Part shown: positions 55,400 through 64,000 of the stretch, in pieces
Layout: each line of letters begins with the position of its first letter
Position numbering within the stretch: position 1 is the first letter of the stretch
NCBI GenBank assembly: GCA_963677435.1
Contig: OY781945.1
Location: 736,001 to 800,000 of the forward strand
Direction: 5' to 3'
Source: an uncultured Aliarcobacter sp.
GTDB taxonomy: Bacteria > Campylobacterota > Campylobacteria > Campylobacterales > Arcobacteraceae
DNA length: 64,000 nt
The notes under the pieces: model-generated
The model's database searches: none
Told to the model about the DNA's origin: nothing
Seen by the model: only the letters and a program-made list of their open reading frames with translations
Position numbers and translations under genes: made by a program

Positions 55400-56607
55400 T
55401 GGAGTGGTAACCTAAATTGATACTCAGAATTAAAAGATTATGAGATAAAATAGAAGAATAATAATGGTTATTATGAGACAAAGTAAATATAGTCAAGAGT
55501 TTAAGGATTCAACAGTACAGTTGATTATAAATAATAATGAAAGTTTTGTTCAAGTTGTAGAAGATTTAGATTTAAATCCAAAGACTTTATATCATTGGGT
55601 TGCAATGTATAAAAAAGCACATAAACTTCCAACTAAAAATATAATTTTATCATTTTCTAAAGAAAGTGAACATAAAGAATTTAAGAGGCTTAGAGCTGAG
55701 AATAAGATACTTAAAGAAGAACGAGATATTTTAAGGAAACATCGTACTTCGCAAAAGAAACTCTCTAAAGTACTCTTGGAGAAAAGAGCATAGAAGTAGT
55801 TTCAGTATAAAAATAATGTGTAAAGTTGTAAAAGTAAATTATCTTCATATTATCATTGGATAAAAGCTGGATCTATTATTAAAAAAGTAGATTAAAAGCT
55901 TAATGAACTAATAGAAATTATCTTTGTCAAAGGGGGATATAACTATGGAACACGAAGAATTCAGTGTAAACTTTTAGAATTATATGGGTTAATAATTTCA
56001 AGACAACGTATTTCAAATATAATTAAAGACCTTAATTTAAAAGTTCAAATGAAACTAAGATATAAAAATATAACTGATTCTAATCATAACTTGCCAATTG
56101 TAGTAAATATCCTAAATAGAGATTTTTATGCATCAAATGCAAATGAGAATACATATATACCAACAGGAGAAGGATGTCTGTATACTCAAGAAAAGTAGTT
56201 GGATGGCGCATGGATGATACTATGAAAGTGTCTCTTGTAAATGATGCATTAAATATGGCAATACTCCATAGGAAAACACCCACAGGACTTTTATGGCATA
56301 CAGATAGAGGGAGTCAATATAAAGATTTATTACAAAAACATAATATTGTTCAAAGTATGAGTAGAAAACGGAATTACTGGGATAACTTAGTAGCAGAGAG
56401 TTTTTTATAACACATATTTTTATACAAAGAAACAAGCAAAAAAAGAGATATTTGAATATATTGAATTTTACTATAATAGAATTAAAAGTCATAGTTATTT
56501 AGGAAATTTTTCACCTGTTAAATTTGAAGAAAAACAAAAAATGTTACGAAACGAAATGGTGGCTTAGGGATAAGCAAAAATGTGTCTGAATTTTAGTTAC
56601 CTCTCCA
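55400..56607 (+). mobile_element. Degenerate IS3-family insertion sequence (1208 bp)
   Basis: Ends TG...CA; 27-bp terminal IRs match at 21/27 (TGGAGTGGTAACCTAAATTGATACTCA vs TGGAGAGGTAACTAAAATTCAGACACA); orfA KYSQEFK...LRAENKILKEERDIL; broken orfB with YGTRRI, YSRKVVGW, HTDRGSQY, WDNLVAESF, FEYIEFYYNR. Confidence 0.92.
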
Positions 56608-56757
56608 AAGTTGTCTGGATATCTTATTCCTGAATTCTTTGAAAATTAACTACGCAATTAAAAATTATAAAAATGAAAAATAGTATGATGAAGCTCTAAA
56701 TAGAATTAATGGAATTAAATCCAGAACCTTCCTCTGAAACAATTTCCAAAAAAAACT

Positions 56758-56779
56758 AAAAGCCCTAAAAAAGGGCTTT
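56758..56779 (-). terminator. Intrinsic terminator after trxA
   Basis: AAAGCCCT-AAAA-AGGGCTTT-type hairpin with a T-rich tail on the minus strand. Confidence 0.65.
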
Positions 56780-56795
56780 TATTAAACTCTAAAAC

Positions 56796-57113
56796 TTATA
56801 AATATTTATTTAATTTTTCTTCTAGTATTGCTTTTGTTGTTGATCCAATTAATTGGTCAACTATTTCGCCATCTTTGAAAAAAAGAATAGTTGGAATTGA
56901 TCTAATTTGATATTGTTGTGCTAATACTTGTTCTTCTTCTGTATTTATTTTGCAAATTTTTGCTTTACCTTCAAACTCTTGTGCTAATTGTTCAATTACA
57001 GGTGCAATCATTCTACAAGGCCCACACCAAGGTGCCCAGAAGTCAACTAATGCAACACCTTCTTTGATTGTTTCTTCAATATTTGTTTGATTTAATTCAA
57101 TATAACTTGCCAT
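56796..57113 (-). CDS. trxA: Thioredoxin
   Basis: DFWAPWCGPCR, IRSIPT. Confidence 0.95.
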   Translation of the reverse strand: MASYIELNQTNIEETIKEGVALVDFWAPWCGPCRMIAPVIEQLAQEFEGKAKICKINTEEEQVLAQQYQIRSIPTILFFKDGEIVDQLIGSTTKAILEEKLNKYL

Positions 57114-57709
57114 TATAATTTACCTTCGTTTTTAGCTAAATATTCAGCAACACCAGAAGTAGAAGCTTTCATACCTTCGTCACCTTTAGTCCAACCAGCA
57201 GGACAAACTTCACCATGCTCATTTGTAAATAACATAGTATCTACCATTCTGATCATTTCATCAATATTTCTTCCAAGTGGTAAGTCATTGATAACTGCGT
57301 GTCTTACTGTTCCATCTGCATCAATTAAGAATGAACCTCTTAATGCTACTGAATCACCAAATAATACATCAAAGTCTTTAGAAATTTGTTTACTTAAATC
57401 TGCTACTAATGGGAACTTAACTCTTCCAATTCCACCATTTTCAACAGCAGTTTCTCTCCATGCAAAGTGTGAGAATTGTGAATCAACTGAACAACCAATA
57501 ATATTCACTCCTCTTTCTCTAAATTCATCTGCTCTTTTTGAGAACGCAATAATTTCAGATGGACAAACAAATGTAAAGTCTAATGGGTAGAAAAATAATA
57601 CTGCACCTTTTTCACCAATATTTTTATATAAATTAAAATCCTCAACTATTTGACCATCTGCAAGTACAGCTGTTGCTGTGAAATCTGGAGCTTTTTTTGT
57701 TACTAACAT
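57113..57709 (-). CDS. ahpC: 2-Cys peroxiredoxin (AhpC/TsaA)
   Basis: FYPLDFTFVCPSE and EVCPAGW; likely start MLVTKKAPDF at 57709. Confidence 0.93.
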   Translation of the reverse strand: MLVTKKAPDFTATAVLADGQIVEDFNLYKNIGEKGAVLFFYPLDFTFVCPSEIIAFSKRADEFRERGVNIIGCSVDSQFSHFAWRETAVENGGIGRVKFPLVADLSKQISKDFDVLFGDSVALRGSFLIDADGTVRHAVINDLPLGRNIDEMIRMVDTMLFTNEHGEVCPAGWTKGDEGMKASTSGVAEYLAKNEGKL

Positions 57710-57820
57710 ATTTTTTCCTTTAATATTTTTTATTATGTTGAAATTGTACACTTTTAATCTTAAAGCATTATTAATAAATTATATCAGAGGATAAATATTA
57801 TCCTTAAAAGATAAATAAAT

Positions 57821-58096
57821 TTATTTATCTTTTGGCATATCTTTTAGTAAAACCATTCTCATCCATGCTGATGTTGTAATCTTTACACCAACTTCATTTG
57901 ACATCTTAGTGGCTTGTTCTTCTATCCAAACTTTTTCAAGTTGATTTAGTGCTACTGGAATTGCTGTGTTTCTTACTTCATTTTCTGTTTTCTTTGGTCT
58001 ACCTAGTATTTTCTTTTTAGTAACTTTTTCTTTTAAAACTTTCTCATCAGTTTGAATTTTTAATGAGTTTTCTTTTAATTTATCTGCATATCCCAT
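57821..58096 (-). CDS. Small basic protein, putative ribbon-helix-helix partner of ParA
   Basis: Starts 1 bp after the ParA stop; GRPKK then strand-helix-helix-like C-terminus. Confidence 0.6.
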   Translation of the reverse strand: MGYADKLKENSLKIQTDEKVLKEKVTKKKILGRPKKTENEVRNTAIPVALNQLEKVWIEEQATKMSNEVGVKITTSAWMRMVLLKDMPKDK

Positions 58097-58097
58097 T

Positions 58098-58694
58098 TTA
58101 ACTCTCCAAAGCTTTTTTTAGTGCAATCATATCTTCAATGGCATTTCTATAAATATGTCTTTTAAATCTATTGCTACCAGCTTTTGTTTCAACATATTCA
58201 CAATCAAATAAACTATCTTCTAATACTGATGATTCTCTCACAAAAAGTATAGTTGCATTTATCTCTTTATATGATTTGTTTAGTTCTTCTAGTAAATACT
58301 CTTTTAGTTCTATAGCTTTATTGTTGTTTTTAGCTCTATTTACGACAATAATTATATTTTTATTAACTTCATATACATCTTTTAGTGTGGCTAGTGTTGC
58401 TTGAACATCAACAATTGATGTAAGAGTTGGAATGATAATTTTATTTGCTTGTTTGATAATATCATTGATTCTTGTATCTTTAAATCCACCAAAATCATAT
58501 ACTATGTTATTATCAAAAGGAATCTCTTCATACTCTTCACTTGAAACTAAAAACCCTTTTTCTTCTGGCATAAGATTATGTGCTGATGAATGCGAATCGT
58601 TTGTTACATATGTAAAATCTAACATTTGTGAAATTTGAACTGATAGTGTAGTTTTCCCAACTCCACCTTTAATACTATAAACTACGAATGACAA
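58098..58694 (-). CDS. Short ParA/MinD-family ATPase
   Basis: Deviant Walker A KGGVGKTT at the N-terminus, IVYDFGG, IIIPT, VVNR; TTG start with AAGGA RBS. Confidence 0.85.
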   Translation of the reverse strand: MSFVVYSIKGGVGKTTLSVQISQMLDFTYVTNDSHSSAHNLMPEEKGFLVSSEEYEEIPFDNNIVYDFGGFKDTRINDIIKQANKIIIPTLTSIVDVQATLATLKDVYEVNKNIIIVVNRAKNNNKAIELKEYLLEELNKSYKEINATILFVRESSVLEDSLFDCEYVETKAGSNRFKRHIYRNAIEDMIALKKALES

Positions 58695-59042
58695 TATAAA
58701 TCCTTTATTTTATTTATATATAACTCTATATATAAATATAAATTATGTATTAATATTATAACAAATATAATATTAAATATTTAAAATATATCTAATTATA
58801 TAAAAATATATAAATATTTAATGAATTTAAAAAAATAATTTTACTCTATAATTTTAGAAATCATAATATATAAAAAATTAATTATGATTATTAATTAAAA
58901 AGCCCATTTAATGGCTTTAGTAGCAATAGAATAGCATTTTAATAAAATTTTAAGTTTATAATTAATAATTTTAAAATATTAAGATTAAATTAATTTCTTT
59001 TATGTAAATATCTAATTTGGAAACAAAACTAAGGAGAAAATT

Positions 59043-59486
59043 ATGAGTAAATTAGTTAAATTAACAGCTGTGTTAATATTAAGTGTTACTTTTGCAAATG
59101 CTGAAAGTACACAAGCTGATGCAAAAGCATTAGTTGATAAAGGTGTTGAATTCTGTAAAAAAGTTGGAGTTACTGCTTGTGTTGAAGAATTCAATAAACC
59201 TGAAAGTGAATTTGTAAAAGATGATTTATACATCTGGGCAAATGATTTTGATGGAGTTATAACTGCACATCCAAAAAAACCTTTAAAAGGTAAAAATATG
59301 TACAGATATAAAGATAGAGCTGGAAATCAATTATTTAAAGAGTTTATTGATAAAGTAAAAGCTGATGGTTCAGGATGGGTTGATTATGTTTGGGATCACC
59401 CAACAAGAGGAGAACAAACTCCAAAAACTTCTTATGTTATTGGAATTGGTGAAAATCAGTTAATCGGCGCTGGAGTTTATAAATAG
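59043..59486 (+). CDS. Stand-alone secreted single Cache domain protein
   Basis: Signal peptide; DLYIW, AHP, GKN, D-x-x-G, GSGWVDYVW, K-x-SYV, GAGVY. Confidence 0.87.
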   Translation: MSKLVKLTAVLILSVTFANAESTQADAKALVDKGVEFCKKVGVTACVEEFNKPESEFVKDDLYIWANDFDGVITAHPKKPLKGKNMYRYKDRAGNQLFKEFIDKVKADGSGWVDYVWDHPTRGEQTPKTSYVIGIGENQLIGAGVYK

Positions 59487-59586
59487 TCTTTCATTTAAAG
59501 CTTTGATTTTCAAAGCTTTAAATTTCCAAATAAGTTAAATTTAGATTATTTGATTTATTTGGGAATTTAATCTTCAGGAGTCGTCA

Positions 59587-61461
59587 ATGTTTGGTATAAA
59601 AAATATGAAAATTGGAAAAAAAATAATTATAGCACCTGCAATTGCCGTGTTATTTTTATTAATTTTGGCACTTTTTTCTAATAATGCTCTTAAGTCTGAC
59701 AAAAGTACATTAAATGAAATAGTAGAAGTAAAATTTGAATTGTATAAAACAAGTAGCAAATTACTAAGTGATGTAAATTTGTATAATTCAATTTTATATA
59801 AAACTTTCAGTTATTCTACTGGTAAATATGAACAATTCATGATTGATGAGCAATTAGCACTTTTAGAAAAATTAAGAGTTAGTATTGTAAAAGAGATGGA
59901 AAATTTCTTAAAAGCGCCATATTTAACAGAAGAATATAAAAAAAGTATTGAATCTGTTAATAAAGAACTTATTGAATATAACTTAGCAATAAAAGATGCT
60001 GTTGACATGTTAAGTGTTGATTTAGGAATGGCAACTCCAATGTTATTTATTACAGATGAAATGTTTGTGAAAATAAATGAAGAATTAAATGCAATAAATA
60101 AAACTGCTGATGCAGAAAATAAATCAAGTTATCTTTGGGCATTAGAAAAAATTGATTCAACGACATATACATTGTATACACTTGTTATTACAGTTTTAAT
60201 TATTCTATTTTTTGTAATTCTTGCGATTACAAATTCTATAAAAGAGCCATTACAAAGATTCCAAAATGGATTAATTGAATTCTTTAGATACTTAAATCAA
60301 GAGACAAATGAATCAAAATTAATCGAAATTGACTCAAAAGATGAATTAGGTATCATGGCAAAAGAGGTAAATAAAAATATTTTAGATATTAATGACTCAA
60401 TTCAAAAAGATAGGTTAGTTGTTGAAAGTGCAATAAAATGTGCAAATGAAGCTAAAAAAGGTTTATTAAATGCAAGAATAAAAGGTGAAACAAAAAATCC
60501 ATCTTTAAATGAATTGAAAAATGTAATTAATCAAATGTTAGAAGCAACTGAGTTAAATATTAATAAAGCAATGAAGACATTATCTTTATATACAAATTAT
60601 GATTATCGAACAAAAATAGATATATCAGGTTTAGATGGAGATTTAAAAGATTTATGTAAAGACATAAATAATTTAGGAATATCAATTACTTCTATGTTAG
60701 TTGAAAATAAAAAAATGGGTTTAGTTTTATCATCAAATGCAGAGAATTTATCTTCAAATGTTGAAAAACTAACTTCTTCTGCAAATATGCAAGCTGCATC
60801 ACTCGAAGAAACAGCAGCAGCAATTGAAGAAATAACATCGAATATGCAAAATAGTTCTCAAAATATCGTTAAGATGACTTCTTTTGCAAATGAAGTTTCA
60901 AGTTCAGTAGCAATTGGTCAAGATTTGGCTTCAAGAACAGCTTTATCAATGGATGAAATAAATACACAAACAAATGCAATTGCTGATTCAATTACAATTA
61001 TTGATCAAATTGCATTTCAAACAAATATCCTTTCATTAAATGCAGCCGTTGAAGCAGCAACTGCTGGTGAAGCAGGAAAAGGATTTGCAGTAGTTGCAGC
61101 AGAAGTGCGAAATTTAGCATCAAGAAGTGCTGATGCTGCAAAGGAGATAAAAGATTTAGTTGTAAATGCTACTAATAAAGCAAACGAGGGGAAAAATATA
61201 TCTTCTGAAATGATACAAGGATATGAAAAATTAAATAATAATATTCATAATACTTTATCGTTAATAAAAGAAGTTTCAACTGCATCGAAAGAACAATTTA
61301 GTGCTATGGAGCAAATAAATGACACTGTTAACAATCTTGATAGAGTAACTCAACAAAATGCATCATCAGCGGAAGAAGCAAATAAAGTAGCAAGAGAAGT
61401 AAGTCAAATTGCAGAAAAAGTTGTTGAGCATACAAATGAAAAAGAGTTTGATGGTAAATAG
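59587..61461 (+). CDS. Methyl-accepting chemotaxis protein
   Basis: Two TMs, helical periplasmic domain, HAMP (DELG), [37 protein letters not shown]. Confidence 0.95.
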   Translation: MFGIKNMKIGKKIIIAPAIAVLFLLILALFSNNALKSDKSTLNEIVEVKFELYKTSSKLLSDVNLYNSILYKTFSYSTGKYEQFMIDEQLALLEKLRVSIVKEMENFLKAPYLTEEYKKSIESVNKELIEYNLAIKDAVDMLSVDLGMATPMLFITDEMFVKINEELNAINKTADAENKSSYLWALEKIDSTTYTLYTLVITVLIILFFVILAITNSIKEPLQRFQNGLIEFFRYLNQETNESKLIEIDSKDELGIMAKEVNKNILDINDSIQKDRLVVESAIKCANEAKKGLLNARIKGETKNPSLNELKNVINQMLEATELNINKAMKTLSLYTNYDYRTKIDISGLDGDLKDLCKDINNLGISITSMLVENKKMGLVLSSNAENLSSNVEKLTSSANMQAASLEETAAAIEEITSNMQNSSQNIVKMTSFANEVSSSVAIGQDLASRTALSMDEINTQTNAIADSITIIDQIAFQTNILSLNAAVEAATAGEAGKGFAVVAAEVRNLASRSADAAKEIKDLVVNATNKANEGKNISSEMIQGYEKLNNNIHNTLSLIKEVSTASKEQFSAMEQINDTVNNLDRVTQQNASSAEEANKVAREVSQIAEKVVEHTNEKEFDGK

Positions 61462-61511
61462 TCAACGATTATTTAGCTATACTTGCAAAAAAGTAAATTA
61501 ATCGGAGAATT

Positions 61512-62009
61512 ATGAATTTTAATCAATTAGATGAAGAACAAAAAAAACAATTACATTCAAAAGCAATGGAACTTGCAACAAATTTAGGTGGAGTTAATTT
61601 TTTCCTTCAAATGATAGAAGATATAAAAACGGAAAAACCTCATGCTTTATTAAATAAAAGTTGCGTATTTCACTTTTCAAAAGGTAAATTAAACTGGAAT
61701 AAACAGTTATTTAAAGAAAGTATAAACAATCTATTCTCAGCTATGAGAAAAGAGGAAAAAGATGGAGATATGCTAAATGGTTTAGCACCAAAAGATTATA
61801 AAGAGACTATGAATATGATGAGAACATTAAAACCTCTTATTATTACAGTAACTCCAAAAAAAGTTGATGAACCAAAAATGTTTTCATTTCCTATTTTAGA
61901 TACAAGTGTTGAGAAAAAAACAAAAGTAGATTTATTTTATAAAATGGTGTTTTTTTATCATGTTGATTTCGCAAAAGATGTTTTAAATTATGGAACAGAA
62001 GAAAAATAA
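61512..62009 (+). CDS. Hypothetical protein
   Basis: 165-aa ORF with GGAG RBS, host-like codon use, coupled to the next ORF. Confidence 0.75.
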   Translation: MNFNQLDEEQKKQLHSKAMELATNLGGVNFFLQMIEDIKTEKPHALLNKSCVFHFSKGKLNWNKQLFKESINNLFSAMRKEEKDGDMLNGLAPKDYKETMNMMRTLKPLIITVTPKKVDEPKMFSFPILDTSVEKKTKVDLFYKMVFFYHVDFAKDVLNYGTEEK

Positions 62010-62200
62010 TGGATGGGAAAAAAAGATTTAATGTAAAACAAGGTTTAAAAGTAAATATTGTTTTAAAAGAAGATCAAAGAAGTGGAAAATTAACTTCTGG
62101 TATTGTAAAAGATATTTTAACAAATTCACCAACTCATCCACATGGAATAAAAGTAAGACTTCAAGATGGGCAAGTTGGTCGTGTTCAAGAGATTTTATAA
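62009..62200 (+). CDS. YwbE (DUF2196)-family protein
   Basis: IVLKEDQRSGKLTSG, HPHGIKVRLQDGQVGRV. Confidence 0.88.
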   Translation: MDGKKRFNVKQGLKVNIVLKEDQRSGKLTSGIVKDILTNSPTHPHGIKVRLQDGQVGRVQEIL

Positions 62201-62263
62201 TAAAACTTTCAATAGTTCAGATACTAGTAAATAAATGGGTATACTGAACCTTGAAAGGTTTTT

Positions 62264-62920
62264 ATGCCCAAACTACGATACATATATCAAACAATAGAGT
62301 TTGATAACATTGACATACATGTCAAAACACTAAAAGATAAACAACAATACGATGAAAAATGTGATTTAAATCCAACTGCTGGAATTTCATCTGCAAATTG
62401 GTCTTTGTTTGGTGTGATTTGGCCCTCTGCTAGAATCCTAGCAACTTTAATGAATAACTACAATATCAAAAATAAAAGAATCCTAGAAGTAGGGTGTGGA
62501 ATAGCACTTTCAAGTTTAGTTCTAAATCACAGAAATGCAAATATAACAACAACAGATTTTAATCCAGAAGTAAAAAAGTTCTTAAGTGAAAACACAAGAA
62601 TAAATTATGGAAAAGTAATCCCTTTTGAGTGTGCAAATTGGTCAAATAGTGATGATACTTTAGGAAAATTTGATTTAATAATTGCAAGTGATATTTTATA
62701 CGAACAGTTTCATTTAGAAGATTTAAGTAGATTTTTAAATGAACATACAAATGAAACTTGCGAGATAATAATAGTAGATCCAGGAAGAGGAAATCATGCT
62801 AAGTTTTCTAAGATGATGGTTGCATTAGGATATATTCATTCTCAAAGTGAACCTTTGGATACGGAAGAGTATTTGGATGAACCTTTTAATGGGCAGATTA
62901 TTCGATATAGAAGAGATTAG
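62264..62920 (+). CDS. Class I SAM-dependent methyltransferase (Methyltransf_16-like)
   Basis: WPSARILA, ILEVGCG, TTTD, DLIIASDILY, DPGR. Confidence 0.82.
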   Translation: MPKLRYIYQTIEFDNIDIHVKTLKDKQQYDEKCDLNPTAGISSANWSLFGVIWPSARILATLMNNYNIKNKRILEVGCGIALSSLVLNHRNANITTTDFNPEVKKFLSENTRINYGKVIPFECANWSNSDDTLGKFDLIIASDILYEQFHLEDLSRFLNEHTNETCEIIIVDPGRGNHAKFSKMMVALGYIHSQSEPLDTEEYLDEPFNGQIIRYRRD

Positions 62921-62925
62921 TTTTA

Positions 62926-63687
62926 TTAAAACTTATTTACAAACTTCTCAACCTCAGTAGCAAAATAAACAGGACACTCAATCATCGGATAGTGTCCTGC
63001 TTCCATACACTCTATTATCTTAAAATCATTATAATAAGGTTCAAAAAGTTTTTTAATATGTAGTTTATTAAATACGGCAAAGTCATGTTTTCCTGTCATG
63101 ATTTTAATTGGAATCTGTATATCTTTTACTTCATCTATGAAATCAGTTGTTAGATACATGGTCATATATCCAACTCTGGCTTCTACTGTTGAGGCTTCAT
63201 ATGCCATTTTTACTCTATAATCAAACCAAGTTTTACCATATCTTTTACTTGCAGCTTCTACAATTTCTTCTATTTTATTTCTGTTTTCTTTCATTGCGTT
63301 TATTAGTTCATTTTGTGCAAGAGGTTTCATTTTTATGCCAGCAGCTGAGATTGGTGTGATTAGAATTAGTTGTTTAATTCTGTCATCTATTAGAGCAACT
63401 TTTTGGGCTATCATTGTTGACATTGAGTGAGCTAGTAGATTTACTTCTTTTAAGTTTAGTTTTGTGATGAGGTTTTTTACATCATTTGCTGCTTCATCAC
63501 AAGTATATTCTCCACTTATGTTTTTTGATAAGCCATAACCTCTGTGATCTGCAAAAATATATGTGAAGTTTGTGGTATCAATATATGGCAAAATTGGGTC
63601 AAAATTTGTGTGGTCTCCCATTAGTTCATGTAAAACTAAGATATATTTTTTACCACTACCTACAATTTTATGCCCAAGTATTGTCAT
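62926..63687 (-). CDS. Alpha/beta hydrolase
   Basis: DHRGYGLS, AHSMS nucleophile elbow, GKHD, AGHYP. Confidence 0.88.
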   Translation of the reverse strand: MTILGHKIVGSGKKYILVLHELMGDHTNFDPILPYIDTTNFTYIFADHRGYGLSKNISGEYTCDEAANDVKNLITKLNLKEVNLLAHSMSTMIAQKVALIDDRIKQLILITPISAAGIKMKPLAQNELINAMKENRNKIEEIVEAASKRYGKTWFDYRVKMAYEASTVEARVGYMTMYLTTDFIDEVKDIQIPIKIMTGKHDFAVFNKLHIKKLFEPYYNDFKIIECMEAGHYPMIECPVYFATEVEKFVNKF

Positions 63688-63692
63688 ACAAA

Positions 63693-64000
63693 CTATCCCT
63701 GCACTTTATATTTTTTTAGAAAAATTAAACATAATCCCACACCAATTAAAGCCATTAATGCACCACTTAATGATGGATAATTATAGTTTAATCCCATAAA
63801 TAAAGGAATACCACCTAAAAATGCGCCTAAAGAATTAGCTACATTAAATGCAGCTTGTAAAAATGCAGCTCCAAGCATAGCTGAATGTTTTGCACTATTT
63901 AACATGATGATATTAATAGGTGCACCAATAGACATAGCAAATGCACCACATACAAATGTAAGAACAACAGTTGCAAACTTATATTCAGATAGGAAAAATA
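63693..64000 (-). CDS. MFS transporter, AraJ-like (3' part only; start lies beyond the window)
   Basis: Frame is open to the window edge; AMLGAAFLQAAFNVANSLGAFLGG. Confidence 0.8.
   Translation of the reverse strand, partial: FFLSEYKFATVVLTFVCGAFAMSIGAPINIIMLNSAKHSAMLGAAFLQAAFNVANSLGAFLGGIPLFMGLNYNYPSLSGALMALIGVGLCLIFLKKYKVQG

Overview
AT-rich chromosomal window from an Arcobacter-like bacterium (Campylobacterota; inferred from the 16S sequence, gene content and separate rpoB/rpoC). Most of it is core genome: tex, a nitrite/sulfite reductase, an Fe(III) ABC transporter, a full rRNA operon (16S-tRNA-Ile-tRNA-Ala-23S-5S), cell wall/division genes, glnA, a tRNA-tuf-rpmG-secE-nusG-rplKAJL-rpoBC cluster, and peroxiredoxin/thioredoxin. 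Five unusual or accessory parts stand out. (1) A solitary SIR2-NB-ARC-TPR gene next to tRNA-Thr(GGT), a candidate NLR-like anti-phage system, split by two look-alike single-base frameshifts. (2) A co-oriented cluster of metallopeptidase, small Tyr/Asp-repeat protein, SnoaL and two Fe/2OG dioxygenases, resembling a peptide-modification locus. (3) A type IV pilin-like gene broken by a ~118-bp segment with 11-bp direct repeats and a bulged hairpin. (4) A decayed integrase with tandem arm-type repeats, interrupted by a degenerate IS3. (5) A short ParA plus ribbon-helix-helix-like partner divergent from a stand-alone Cache protein/chemoreceptor pair. No CRISPR array was seen. All family calls come from reading motifs by eye; no database search was run.
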